Positions 47,112 through 57,336 of a DNA stretch of 64,000 nt are shown here, piece by piece (position 1 is the stretch's first letter; each line of letters opens with the position of its first letter). The stretch is from Alphaproteobacteria bacterium (GTDB taxonomy: Bacteria; Pseudomonadota; Alphaproteobacteria; Rs-D84). The notes under the pieces are model-generated. The model did not search any database. It saw only the letters and a list, made by a program, of their open reading frames with translations, and was not told the origin of the DNA. Both the position numbers and the translations under genes were made by a program. Location: assembly GCA_046881825.1 (NCBI GenBank), contig JBKSMS010000011.1:8604-72603 (forward strand). Direction: 5' to 3'.

Positions 47112-48347
47112 ATGAAAATTAAACCATTTGCGGGTGTTCGCCCACCAAAAGAACTGGCCAAAGAAGTTGCTTCGCGTCCTTATGATGTTTTGAATTCTGT
47201 CGAAGCAAAAAACGAAGCTGGTGAAAAATCTTTATTGCATATTATTAAACCAGAAATTGATTTTGACCCAATTGCTGATGAACACGAACAAAAAACTTAT
47301 GACAAAGCAGTTGAAAACTTCAAAAAATGGCAAGAAAAAGGCTGGCTGGTCACAGATCCAAAAGAAATGTATTACATCTATGCTCAAACAATGGACGGAC
47401 GCACTCAGTATGGTTTGGTTGCTGCTGCTAATGTAGATGATTATATGACTGGCAAAATCAAAAAGCACGAATTGACACGCAAAGAAAAAGAAGACGATCG
47501 TATGATTCATGTTCGCAATCAAAGTGCAAATTTGGAACCAGTATTCTTTGCATATCCTGATGTAGCAGAAATGAATGAATTGGTTGCAGATTGGATTAAA
47601 AATCATGCTCCAGAATATGACTTTGTTGCCGAAGACGGCTTTGGTCACACATTCTGGAAAATTGATGATGATGCAACGAACAAACGCATTACAGAAATCT
47701 TTGCCAAAGTTCCTGCGTTCTATGTAGCTGATGGTCACCACAGAACTGCGGCTGCGGCACGCGTGGGTGCTGAAAGACGTGAACAAAATCCGAATCACAA
47801 TGGGACAGAAGAATACAATTATTTTCTGGCTGTGATTTTCCCAGAAAGCCAATTACACATTATCGATTACAACCGCGTAGTCAAAGATTTAAATGGTCTT
47901 TCTGAATCAGAATTTATCGAAAAATTGCGCGAATCTTTTGATGTGGTTGAAAAGGGTTCTGAAACATATCACCCAAATAAATTGCATAACTTTTCTATGT
48001 ATTTGGGTGGCAAATGGTATTCATTGACTGCCAAGGCGGGGACATACAACGACAACGACCCAATTGGTGTTTTGGATGTGACAGTATTGTCTAATTTGGT
48101 ATTTGATAAAATATTGAACATTGGTGATTTAAGAACATCAAAAAGAATTGATTTTGTTGGCGGAATCCGCGGACTTGGCGAATTGAAAAAACGCGTAGAT
48201 TCTGGCGAAATGGCGGTTGCATTTGCGCTTTATCCCGTCACAATGCGTCAAATTATTGACATTGCAGATACGGGAAATATCATGCCACCAAAGACAACTT
48301 GGTTTGAACCAAAATTACGTAGTGGTTTGGTAATACACAAATTCTAA
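47112..48347 (+). CDS. DUF1015-family protein
   Basis: 411 aa with the characteristic FYVADGHHRTAAA block and N-terminal IKPFAGVRP. Confidence 0.85.
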   Translation: MKIKPFAGVRPPKELAKEVASRPYDVLNSVEAKNEAGEKSLLHIIKPEIDFDPIADEHEQKTYDKAVENFKKWQEKGWLVTDPKEMYYIYAQTMDGRTQYGLVAAANVDDYMTGKIKKHELTRKEKEDDRMIHVRNQSANLEPVFFAYPDVAEMNELVADWIKNHAPEYDFVAEDGFGHTFWKIDDDATNKRITEIFAKVPAFYVADGHHRTAAAARVGAERREQNPNHNGTEEYNYFLAVIFPESQLHIIDYNRVVKDLNGLSESEFIEKLRESFDVVEKGSETYHPNKLHNFSMYLGGKWYSLTAKAGTYNDNDPIGVLDVTVLSNLVFDKILNIGDLRTSKRIDFVGGIRGLGELKKRVDSGEMAVAFALYPVTMRQIIDIADTGNIMPPKTTWFEPKLRSGLVIHKF

Positions 48348-48353
48348 ACGAAC

Positions 48354-48386
48354 AAAAAAACACCCGCAATTGCGGGTGTTTTTTTT
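48354..48386. terminator. Bidirectional intrinsic terminator
   Basis: A7-CACCCGC-AATT-GCGGGTG-T8. Confidence 0.7.
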
Positions 48387-48403
48387 ACAAGATTCTAACA
48401 TCA

Positions 48404-48850
48404 TTAAAACGGGATATCATCTGCAATGTCTTCAATATTAACCTCGTCACGTGGGGCAGATGCAGCTGGCGCAGGTTCACCACTAGATTCCATAGTTTTT
48501 GCCCCAGACAAAATCACCATTTGCCCGGCATATGGGTTCAACACAACCTCTGTCGTGAAAGTGTCCACCCCTTGTTGGTTTTGCCATTTGCGGGTACGCA
48601 GAGTCCCTTCCAAATACAACTTAGTCCCCTTTTGCAACATGCGTTCTGCAACTTCTACTAAATTAGGCGCAAAAATGACAACACGATGCCATTCTGTTTG
48701 TTCTTTTTGTTCACCCGATTGTCTGTCGCGCCATCTGTCCGATGTAGCTAGCGAAAACGATACAACCTTTTGTCCGGATTGCATGGTGCGAACCTGAGGT
48801 TCTTGACCGATATTACCCACTAATATTACTTTGTTTATACTGCCTGCCAT
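48404..48850 (-). CDS. ssb: Single-stranded DNA-binding protein
   Basis: INKVILVGNIGQEPQVR OB fold and an acidic tip ending DDIPF. Confidence 0.95.
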   Translation of the reverse strand: MAGSINKVILVGNIGQEPQVRTMQSGQKVVSFSLATSDRWRDRQSGEQKEQTEWHRVVIFAPNLVEVAERMLQKGTKLYLEGTLRTRKWQNQQGVDTFTTEVVLNPYAGQMVILSGAKTMESSGEPAPAASAPRDEVNIEDIADDIPF

Positions 48851-48945
48851 TTTTACTTCCTTTGTTAGTTTCTATAATCTGATGATTGCGAAAAAAAAAG
48901 ATAAATACAAGAAAAAAAGCGCGCCATAAAACATGGCGCACAAAA

Positions 48946-49509
48946 TTATTCTTCATCGGTTTCGTCAACCCCTTCCTCTTCTTCTTCGGTCGCATTTAAA
49001 TCTATTTCTTTTGGGACACCCAAAATATCTTCGATTTTTTCCGAAGCCGCTTCTAAATCCATCTTGTGCAAAACCGCGAATTCTTGCGCCATACGTTCCA
49101 GCGCACGCAAATACAACTGACGCGCAGAAAAAGTCATAGTATCTGTCGCAGTCCGTCTTTGTAGATCACGAACCACTTCTGCCAATTTCATCGGGTCGCC
49201 AGAATTTATGTTTTCTTCATATTGCGCCGCACGACGCGCCCAAATCATACGTTTTGCCCCAGCTTTGCCCTTAGCCGAATTAATTGCTTCGTCCAATTTA
49301 CGCGCACTGGTCAACGGACGCAGGCCAGAAATTTCAGCCCTGTCCAGCGGGACACGCAAAGTCATGTGATTCCTTTCAAAATCTATGACCATCATTTTAA
49401 TTTTTTGACCGCCGATTGTTTGTTCTTCGATACGCAACAACTTACCAACACCTTGGGTTGGATAAACGACATATTGCCCGGTTTTAAAATCTAATTTTTT
49501 TGCTGGCAT
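48946..49509 (-). CDS. carD: CarD/CdnL-family transcriptional regulator
   Basis: FKTGQYVVYPTQGVGKLLRIEEQ (RID domain). Acidic C-terminal tail. Confidence 0.9.
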   Translation of the reverse strand: MPAKKLDFKTGQYVVYPTQGVGKLLRIEEQTIGGQKIKMMVIDFERNHMTLRVPLDRAEISGLRPLTSARKLDEAINSAKGKAGAKRMIWARRAAQYEENINSGDPMKLAEVVRDLQRRTATDTMTFSARQLYLRALERMAQEFAVLHKMDLEAASEKIEDILGVPKEIDLNATEEEEEGVDETDEE

Positions 49510-49594
49510 ACATAACACCTTTGCGTTTTGCCATTCTCTCTCATATGCTTATTATAACACAAAAAATCTAAAAAACAATTATTTGTCAAAAATT

Positions 49595-50023
49595 TTATTG
49601 CCCCAATCCTGCAGGCGAAAAGCGTCCGATATTATTAAACAACTCTTCAACAGCATTTAATTCTATTGCTGCTGGGATTTCAGTTTCACCCTTTGCAACA
49701 CGGACGTCTTGTAAATCTTTGTCATGTAAAACCTTGGTTTTTGTGATTTGCCCATTTTTTACCCACGCCAACAACACTGTTTTATTATCATAAGTAGTTG
49801 GAAATGGTCCATGCATATTTTCATCAGCACTGTAATAAATCCAAACTTCATCCCCATAAATAGTACGCGTTTGTGGGTCACCCAATTCTTCTTGTAATTG
49901 TTTGGTTGTTTTAATAGTTGCAACCTTGCTTTCCAAATCGTCTGGAAAAACATACCCACGATGCTTTGTCTGCAAAGCACAAGCACCAAGAATCAATAAA
50001 AATAAAACAAATATTTTTTTCAT
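49595..50023 (-). CDS. bamE: Outer-membrane assembly lipoprotein BamE (SmpA/OmlA)
   Basis: MKKIFVLFLLILGAC (lipobox), then the HRGYVFPDD...LGDPQT motif. Starts 4 nt after the PFOR stop. Confidence 0.8.
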   Translation of the reverse strand: MKKIFVLFLLILGACALQTKHRGYVFPDDLESKVATIKTTKQLQEELGDPQTRTIYGDEVWIYYSADENMHGPFPTTYDNKTVLLAWVKNGQITKTKVLHDKDLQDVRVAKGETEIPAAIELNAVEELFNNIGRFSPAGLGQ

Positions 50024-50027
50024 AATA

Positions 50028-53000
50028 TCACCCTTCGCCATTATCTTTGTTCTTTTTAACAGTGAAATTAGCAATATGCTGTTTCAATTCTGTTTTGTAT
50101 AAATTGTTTGCTTTGGCTTCTTCCACCAATTTGTCAAAGTTCGGATTTATCGAACGCGCCGATGCAAATCGTGTTTCACTTTTCATAAATTCTTCCAACA
50201 GGAACGGTGTATCAACATGCGAATCAAGCATCAATGGATTTTGCCCGTTTTCTATGTTCGCCGGATTAAAGCGATACAACGGCCATGCCCCCGTATTAAC
50301 AACATTTGTTTGATGTTCTGCACCATTTTGCAACGCAAATCCATGTGCAATACATGGCGCATAAGCCAAAATAATTGATGGACCATTAAACGCAGCCGCC
50401 TCTCTAAAAGCACGCACCGCCTGAACCTGATTAGCACCAATCGCAATTTGTGCAACATACGCGCCCGACATCATCGCAATCATCCCTAAATCTTTTTTTG
50501 CATGTTCTTTGCCACCAATAGCAAATTTCATAGATGCTCCAAACGGGGTTGATTTAGATTGCTGACCACCCGTATTTGAATAACCTTCTGTATCCAAAAC
50601 AAGTATATTTACATTTTCACCACTGTGTAAAATATGATCTACACCGCCATAACCAATATCATAAGCCCAACCATCACCCCCTACTATCCACAAAGATTTA
50701 TCAACGATTGCGTCCAACAAACTTTCTGCATATCTTGCGCGCGGACTATCGTTTTTAGACAATTGTTTTTGTAAATCTTGTTGTATTTTGCGTTGCGTTT
50801 CTGTATCAGTTTCGTTCATCATTTGTTCCACATTTTCAAAACCCAATTCAAACAACACAGAACGCAAAGCTGATTTACGCTGATTCATCGCGATTCGCAT
50901 TCCCAAACCGTATTCTGCATTATCTTCGAACAAAGAATTAGACCATGCGGGACCGCGTCCATTTGCATCCGCACACCATGGGGTCGTCGGCAAATTTCCA
51001 CCATAAATCGAAGAACACCCTGTCGCATTAGCAACCACCATTTTATCGCCAAACAATTGCGCCATTAAACGAACATATGGTGTTTCACCACACCCCGCGC
51101 AAGCACCTGGAAATTCAAAATAATGAGGCAACAATTCAACATGCTTTGGAATATTCAAATTTAATTTTGATTTATCAAAGTCAGGTATTTTTAATGCTGC
51201 ATCAAAAGCCTTTTGATTTTTAATACCTTCATTCATTGGAATCATAGACAAAGCACCAACCGGACAATTTTTCATACATAAACCACATCCTGTGCAATCA
51301 GCCGGTGAAATATTCAAAGTGTAAAATAACCCAGACCCCAATTCTGGTGTTTTCATTGGCACAACGGTTATACCGTTTGCCTTTGCCTTTTCCATTTCTT
51401 TTTCGTTCATAACTTTGATACGAATCGCGCCATGCGGGCAAAGCATGGAACATTTTCCGCATTGAATACATTTACTTAAATCACATTGCGCAACGCGATT
51501 CGCAATCGCACGTTTTTCATATTTCGAAGTCCCGACAGGATATTGGCCACCACCAAAAATCCCATCCAATTTGAATCGTGACACAGGAATTTCATCCCCG
51601 CGTCCCGCCGCCATTTCACCCAATGTCCCCGCAATTTCCGCAGGTGTATCTAATGTCATCGCAGGAATAAAATCAGGCGCGTTTTTCGAAATACTTGATG
51701 GGAAGACATACTTCTTCAAATAACTTTCAGCCCTATCAACTGCTGCCCAATTAGCCGCAACAACATCCATACCTTTCTTCTTGTATGTCTTTTCAATTGC
51801 TGCTTTGGCTGCTTCTTTCGCTACATCTGGATTTATTACTTTTGTTAAATTAAAGAAATTCAACATTATAAATGTATTGATACGATTACCCAATCCCAAT
51901 TCCATTGCTGCTGCATTAGCATCCAAGAAATATAAATCAGCGCGCATACGAATCAAATGTTCTTGGGCAGATTTAGGCAACTTCGCAAAAGCTTCTTCGG
52001 GTGGCAAAGATGTGTTTATCATAACAGTTCCACCCGCACGCAAAGAAGAAAACACATCAAATCTTTGCGCAATCATAAAATTAGAAACACAGATGAAATC
52101 TGCACTGTCCACCAAATATTCGCTTTTAATTGGATGCGCAGAAAAACGAATATGAGATTGTGTCACACCACCAGATTTTTTTGAATCATAAACAGCATAA
52201 GATTGCGGATAAAGGTCTGAATTTTCCCCGACTATCTTTACAATATTTTTCACAGCCCCAACTGTTCCATCACTGCCGATACCATAAAGAATCGCAGTTT
52301 TAACATCCGAATTTTCAATAGTAAATGTTTTATCTGTATCCAAAGACAGGTGTGTTAAATCATCATCAATTCCAACTGTAAAATTATGATGCAGCGTTCC
52401 ACGCATCATGTATTCAACAATCGCCTTAACATCGCGCGGCTTAAATTCTTTGGAGCCCAAACCATAACGCCCACCAAATACAGAAATTTTAGAATCAACA
52501 ATACTGCGTACATTTTGGTAAAGAGGTTCCCCAACAGAGCCAGCTTCTTTTGTTCTGTCCAAAACAGCGATTTGTTCAACAGATTTTGGCAGCGCCGCCA
52601 AGAAAGCCTTTACCGGGAACGGGTTAAATAAATGCACACGAATTAAACCGACGCCCTTTGGCAAAAAAGCAAGTGTCTCTTCAACAGTGTCACAACTGGA
52701 CCCCATGGAAACAATAACATACTTCGCATTTTTATCACCAATGTAATCAACCACATTATAACGACGACCAGTCAATTTTGCGAATTTATCCATTTCGCCC
52801 TGGACAATATCTGGCAACGCATCATACAAAGAATTAGATGCTTCGCGTCCTTGGAAATAAACATCTGGATTTTGCGCAGTTCCACGAATAGTTGGCTTAT
52901 CAGGATTCATACCCCTTTCGCGATTAGCCATAACCAAAACATCAGGCAACATTTCACGCAAAACAGAATCATCAATTCTTATAATCGCAGATTCTTCGTG

Positions 53001-53525
53001 ACTGGTTCTAAAACCATCAAAGAAATGTAAAAACGGAACGCGCGAGCGCAATGTTGACGCATGGGCAATCGCCGCCATATCATGAGCCGCTTGGACATTA
53101 TGCGAAGACAACAACGCAAATCCCGTTTGGCGGACAGCCATCACATCACTGTGATCACCAAATATAGACAGCGCATGCGCAGCCAATGCGCGCGCCGCAA
53201 CATGCATAACGAATGGTGTCTGTTCGCCCGCAATTTTATACATATTTGGAATCATCAATAATAAACCTTGGGATGCAGTAAAAGTCGTAGCCAATGCCCC
53301 CATCTGCAAAGCACCATGAATTGCACCCGCCGCACCTGCTTCGGATTGCATTTCGATTATTTCAGGCACCACACCCCAAATATTTTTTTTGTGCTGAAAA
53401 GACCATTCATCAGCCAATTCCCCCATAGTACTGCTGGGGGTAATGGGATAAATAGCAGCACAATCAACACACCTGTATGCAACATCAGCCGTAGCCCAAT
53501 TTCCATCTACAATTAACTTTGACAT
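50028..53525 (-). CDS. nifJ: Pyruvate:ferredoxin (flavodoxin) oxidoreductase, single-polypeptide NifJ type
   Basis: 1165 aa. Two 4Fe-4S ferredoxin motifs (CIQCGKCSMLCP, CTGCGLCMKNCP) and the TPP-binding region GGDGWAYDIGYGG. Confidence 0.95.
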   Translation of the reverse strand: MSKLIVDGNWATADVAYRCVDCAAIYPITPSSTMGELADEWSFQHKKNIWGVVPEIIEMQSEAGAAGAIHGALQMGALATTFTASQGLLLMIPNMYKIAGEQTPFVMHVAARALAAHALSIFGDHSDVMAVRQTGFALLSSHNVQAAHDMAAIAHASTLRSRVPFLHFFDGFRTSHEESAIIRIDDSVLREMLPDVLVMANRERGMNPDKPTIRGTAQNPDVYFQGREASNSLYDALPDIVQGEMDKFAKLTGRRYNVVDYIGDKNAKYVIVSMGSSCDTVEETLAFLPKGVGLIRVHLFNPFPVKAFLAALPKSVEQIAVLDRTKEAGSVGEPLYQNVRSIVDSKISVFGGRYGLGSKEFKPRDVKAIVEYMMRGTLHHNFTVGIDDDLTHLSLDTDKTFTIENSDVKTAILYGIGSDGTVGAVKNIVKIVGENSDLYPQSYAVYDSKKSGGVTQSHIRFSAHPIKSEYLVDSADFICVSNFMIAQRFDVFSSLRAGGTVMINTSLPPEEAFAKLPKSAQEHLIRMRADLYFLDANAAAMELGLGNRINTFIMLNFFNLTKVINPDVAKEAAKAAIEKTYKKKGMDVVAANWAAVDRAESYLKKYVFPSSISKNAPDFIPAMTLDTPAEIAGTLGEMAAGRGDEIPVSRFKLDGIFGGGQYPVGTSKYEKRAIANRVAQCDLSKCIQCGKCSMLCPHGAIRIKVMNEKEMEKAKANGITVVPMKTPELGSGLFYTLNISPADCTGCGLCMKNCPVGALSMIPMNEGIKNQKAFDAALKIPDFDKSKLNLNIPKHVELLPHYFEFPGACAGCGETPYVRLMAQLFGDKMVVANATGCSSIYGGNLPTTPWCADANGRGPAWSNSLFEDNAEYGLGMRIAMNQRKSALRSVLFELGFENVEQMMNETDTETQRKIQQDLQKQLSKNDSPRARYAESLLDAIVDKSLWIVGGDGWAYDIGYGGVDHILHSGENVNILVLDTEGYSNTGGQQSKSTPFGASMKFAIGGKEHAKKDLGMIAMMSGAYVAQIAIGANQVQAVRAFREAAAFNGPSIILAYAPCIAHGFALQNGAEHQTNVVNTGAWPLYRFNPANIENGQNPLMLDSHVDTPFLLEEFMKSETRFASARSINPNFDKLVEEAKANNLYKTELKQHIANFTVKKNKDNGEG

Positions 53526-53624
53526 TTCTATACTTCCTGACTTTGATAAATTCCTGCGAAAATATTACATCTTTTCAAGATTTAAGGCAACCCAAAAAAA
53601 ACACTTTATATTTTCAAAAACATA

Positions 53625-53653
53625 TTGACAAAACAAATATTCTGTATTACATT
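53625..53653 (+). promoter_or_regulatory. Putative sigma70-type promoter of the ClpP-like gene
   Basis: TTGACA, 17 nt, TACATT, about 30 nt upstream of the ATG at 53684. Confidence 0.4.
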
Positions 53654-53683
53654 TGTCGCAACAAACAAAGATAAGGACAAATC

Positions 53684-54406
53684 ATGGCAAAAGATTTAGA
53701 AAATACAATGGTTGGTAACAATGTTTACATTCTGACAGAAATAACTAACGAAACAACCAACGGTTTGCTTATACAATTGACACAATGGGTGGACAAGTTA
53801 CCACTAAAAAACAATTTGATTGTACCACAAAAGCCAGACGAAAAAGACATAACAGACGATACTGTTTATATTATTGGCAAAGCCAATTCATACAAATCAT
53901 ATACACCATATGAAGCTGTTCCAAACAATATCCCTGTATTAAATGTTTGGATTAATTCTGGCGGTGGCAAAACCAACATTACAAAATCTGTTTTATCTGT
54001 GTTTAACATGGCATCAGCCAAAGGCACAATCATTAAAACATACAATCTAGCAAGCGCCAGCAGCTCTGCTAGTATGATCGCGATATCTGGAACTCCGGGA
54101 TACAGATATATGGCTGAAAACGCATATAACTATATCCATTTTGGACGCTATTCTGCTGATGCTGCACACACAGATGAAATAGACATTTTAACAAATGACT
54201 TAAAAATATTTGATAAAACCACGCGACTTGTGTATTTAAACAACACTAAATTAACAAACAAAGAATTAACAAGATATTACAATACCGAAGGCGCTGGCCG
54301 ACTTTATGCAGACCAATGTTTACAAAAAGGTTTATGTGATTGGGTTATAACAAACGATGGACGATTTGTAAATAATGTAAATGAATTAAAATCAAAACAA
54401 AGATAA
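53684..54406 (+). CDS. Divergent ClpP/crotonase-fold serine-protease-like protein
   Basis: Aligns by eye to ClpP blocks: VWINSGGG (INSPGG), ASSSASMIAISG (GQAASMG, Ser retained), YNYIHFG (MIHQP, His retained). It has an insertion of about 40 aa, and the third triad position looks substituted. Confidence 0.6.
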   Translation: MAKDLENTMVGNNVYILTEITNETTNGLLIQLTQWVDKLPLKNNLIVPQKPDEKDITDDTVYIIGKANSYKSYTPYEAVPNNIPVLNVWINSGGGKTNITKSVLSVFNMASAKGTIIKTYNLASASSSASMIAISGTPGYRYMAENAYNYIHFGRYSADAAHTDEIDILTNDLKIFDKTTRLVYLNNTKLTNKELTRYYNTEGAGRLYADQCLQKGLCDWVITNDGRFVNNVNELKSKQR

Positions 54407-54416
54407 GGAGCAACAC

Positions 54417-54614
54417 ATGGCAAAAGATTGGAAATACAATATTACAAAATGGGGAACTATAATTCGCAATGGTTATGCGGTTATTACATCAAACGGACAA
54501 ATAAACGCGCGCACCCAAGACATCGCACATGATGCAGAATGCAAATTGGTTTTGGGTAATCCATTTAAAATTGCAATTGCTGCGGCAAAATTCAAAAAAG
54601 AACACCAGAAATAA
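54417..54614 (+). CDS. 65-aa basic hypothetical protein, co-transcribed with the ClpP-like gene
   Basis: 10-nt gap with a GGAG RBS. A terminator follows immediately. No domain recognised. Confidence 0.5.
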   Translation: MAKDWKYNITKWGTIIRNGYAVITSNGQINARTQDIAHDAECKLVLGNPFKIAIAAAKFKKEHQK

Positions 54615-54641
54615 AAAAAACAGGGCTTTTGCCCTGTTTTT
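54613..54641. terminator. Bidirectional intrinsic terminator
   Basis: A8-CAGGGC-TTTT-GCCCTG-T5. Confidence 0.7.
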
Positions 54642-56079
54642 ATTTCTTAGATTCTTTGCTTTCTTCTTTTTTCGCATCATCTTTTGGCGCGTCTTCAATT
54701 TTTTCAAGATTCTTTTTTCCAACCTTGGACAATGCCCGCACCATATCCAATGCCCTTTGTAATTGATAATCGCGCGCATCTTTTTCTTCATCAGTCAGCG
54801 ACAAATAATCTTCGTCTTCGTCATCATCATTTTTTTCTGATTTTTTGGAATTTTTTTTCTTGGCATTATCTTTTTTCTTCGACACATCATTCTTTAAAGA
54901 ATTATTAAATGTAGCCTCTGTAAAAATAGATTCCTTTTTTTCAATAGTTTCAATTTTACTTTGTAAAACTTCTATATCAGGTGTAATGCCTTCGTTTTGA
55001 ATTGAACGACCGCTGGGGGTATAATAGCGCGCAATAGTTATATGAATTGCAGAACCATCACCCAATGGTTTTTGTTGTTGCACAGAACCCTTACCGAAAC
55101 TTTGCGACCCCATAACAATAGCACGTCCGTTATCTTGCAATGCGCCTGCGACAATTTCCGAAGCAGATGCCGAACCATGATTTATCAACACAACCACTGG
55201 TTTACCATTTACCGAATCGCCAGATTTAGCAAACATGCGTTCAATATCAGCCTTTTCTTTGCCACGCGTAGAAACAATTTCGCCACCATCCAAAAACGCA
55301 TCTGCAACATCAATCGCAGCAACCAGATAGCCACCTGGATTATTACGCAAATCAAGAACATAACCCGCGACATTTTTCTTTTCTAAATCTTTGATGGCAT
55401 CTTTTAATTCTTTGGAAGTAGTTGCACCAAAATCAGAAATACGCAAATAACCAATTTTTGGCAATTTATCATCATCCATCGCGGCATTATCAGATTTTTC
55501 ACTAAATTTAACAGATTTAACCTTTATAATCGCGCGTTTAAGTGTGATGTCTTTTGGTTCTTTGCCATCATGAACAATTGTCAATTTAACCTTGGTCCCT
55601 GGCTTTCCCTTCATCTTTTTCACAGCCTGGTTCAGGTTCATATCAAACACTTGTTCACCATCAATATGTGTAATGTAATCGCCCGCCTCTATCCCAGCCT
55701 TGGCCGCGGGGGTATCATCAATTGGTGAAATAACACGAATCGCACCTTTGTCACTTGTGATTTGAATTCCCAAACCACCAAATTCACCCTGGGATTTATC
55801 ATTAAATTCTTTGAAATCTTCTTTGGATAAATACGAAGAATGCGGGTCCAGAGCGCCCAACATACCATTCATCGCACCTTCTAACATTTTGCGTTCATCT
55901 GCTTCTTCGACAAATTTATCACGCGCCGTTTCAAATACCAGCGCCAATTTTTTTAATTCTTCATAAATCTGTTCATCAGTTAAATGAACCACAGGTTCTT
56001 CTTTTTTTGCTGGCTTTTGCGCAGCATCCGCAACAATTGGAAACAACAAAACGAAAATCAGAAATAACTTTTTAAACAT
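54640..56079 (-). CDS. ctpA: Carboxy-terminal processing (S41) protease
   Basis: PDZ region (GGLGIQI...GDYITHIDG), S41 core (VVLINHGSASASEIVAGALQD, GKGSVQ). K/E/D-rich tail. Confidence 0.9.
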   Translation of the reverse strand: MFKKLFLIFVLLFPIVADAAQKPAKKEEPVVHLTDEQIYEELKKLALVFETARDKFVEEADERKMLEGAMNGMLGALDPHSSYLSKEDFKEFNDKSQGEFGGLGIQITSDKGAIRVISPIDDTPAAKAGIEAGDYITHIDGEQVFDMNLNQAVKKMKGKPGTKVKLTIVHDGKEPKDITLKRAIIKVKSVKFSEKSDNAAMDDDKLPKIGYLRISDFGATTSKELKDAIKDLEKKNVAGYVLDLRNNPGGYLVAAIDVADAFLDGGEIVSTRGKEKADIERMFAKSGDSVNGKPVVVLINHGSASASEIVAGALQDNGRAIVMGSQSFGKGSVQQQKPLGDGSAIHITIARYYTPSGRSIQNEGITPDIEVLQSKIETIEKKESIFTEATFNNSLKNDVSKKKDNAKKKNSKKSEKNDDDEDEDYLSLTDEEKDARDYQLQRALDMVRALSKVGKKNLEKIEDAPKDDAKKEESKESKK

Positions 56080-56236
56080 AGCATGAACCTTTTTCTTTCC
56101 CCTTTACAGATTCAGCATAATAAAAAAAGAATTTTTCCGCAACACGATTTTTATGAAAAGTGGTTTTTATTTCACCAATTGTCTTATTAAAATCGATGGT
56201 TTACAATTTTTTATTATTTTGTTAGAATAATTCCCG

Positions 56237-57322
56237 ATGTTTAGAAATAAAATGCTTTTTTCTGCTGTGATATTAGGCTTTGCCCTGCCGTCTGCGTTTG
56301 CTGCGGGAACTAGTGAACTGTCTAAAATCAAAAATCAGATTAAACAGACTGAACAAAAAAACAAACAAATTGAACAGCAATTAAAAACCGCTCGCCAAAA
56401 TGTAGAAAAAACAAAAAAAGATTTGGTTCGTGCCGCTGACAAGGTCAGTGATTTAGAAGAACAACGCAACGCATTAAAAAAACGCATCGCAGAATTAGAC
56501 CAACAACGCGACAAAATAAATACTGAATTATCACGGAATTATAACGATATTGCCAATGCAACTGCTGGTATGGTATTTATCGCCGCGCATCCTAATTTTG
56601 ATTCAGAATCTATGCATGATTATGTTTTGACTTCTGCGATTCTGGCATCTGCATCAGAACAATTTGATTCCCAGATTATGGATGCGACACAAAAATTAAA
56701 AGAATTGGATAAAATTCGTAAGATAAGAACAATAGAAAAAGAAAAACTGGATCGCAGCGCAAAAAAATATACTAATGAAAAACGGGAATTGGATAAACTG
56801 TTGAAAACTCGTTCTGCTCAAAATGAAAAATTAAAAAACGAACAGAAAGAAATTCAAAATAAATTGAAAAAATTATCTGCGGCGGCAAAGAATATTTCTG
56901 AATTGTCTGCTGGGGTTGGTTCGTCTGAAATGTCCAGCGATTCAAAATTTTCAAAGCGCAAATTAAATGTCCCGGTAAAAGGAAAATTGGTTGTGCGTTA
57001 TGGTGAAAAAACAGCGCTGGGATTAAAATCGGACGGATGGCGCATCCGGACACGCGGAAATTCTATCGTTATGGCACCTGCGGATGGCGTTGTAAAATTT
57101 GCTGATTCTTTCCGTGGCTTTGGCAAAGTAATCATTATGTCACACAAAAACGGATATAATACCGTAATGACAAACATGGGTGAAATAGATGCGCTGGTCG
57201 GTCAAGAAGTTTTAGCTGGCGAACCTATTGGTCGCATGAACGAAAGCAAACCAGAAATGTATTTGGAAGTTAGACGCGGAAAAAATTCGGTTGACCCAGG
57301 ACGCCTGTTTAACGAACCTTAA
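56237..57322 (+). CDS. EnvC-like coiled-coil M23 (LytM-domain) protein
   Basis: Signal peptide, about 200 aa of coiled coil, and a C-terminal LytM fold (GWRIRTRGNSIVMAPADGVVKFAD...YLEVRRG). It appears to lack the full HxxxD/HxH metal ligands. Confidence 0.8.
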   Translation: MFRNKMLFSAVILGFALPSAFAAGTSELSKIKNQIKQTEQKNKQIEQQLKTARQNVEKTKKDLVRAADKVSDLEEQRNALKKRIAELDQQRDKINTELSRNYNDIANATAGMVFIAAHPNFDSESMHDYVLTSAILASASEQFDSQIMDATQKLKELDKIRKIRTIEKEKLDRSAKKYTNEKRELDKLLKTRSAQNEKLKNEQKEIQNKLKKLSAAAKNISELSAGVGSSEMSSDSKFSKRKLNVPVKGKLVVRYGEKTALGLKSDGWRIRTRGNSIVMAPADGVVKFADSFRGFGKVIIMSHKNGYNTVMTNMGEIDALVGQEVLAGEPIGRMNESKPEMYLEVRRGKNSVDPGRLFNEP

Positions 57323-57336
57323 ACAAAAAAACATTA

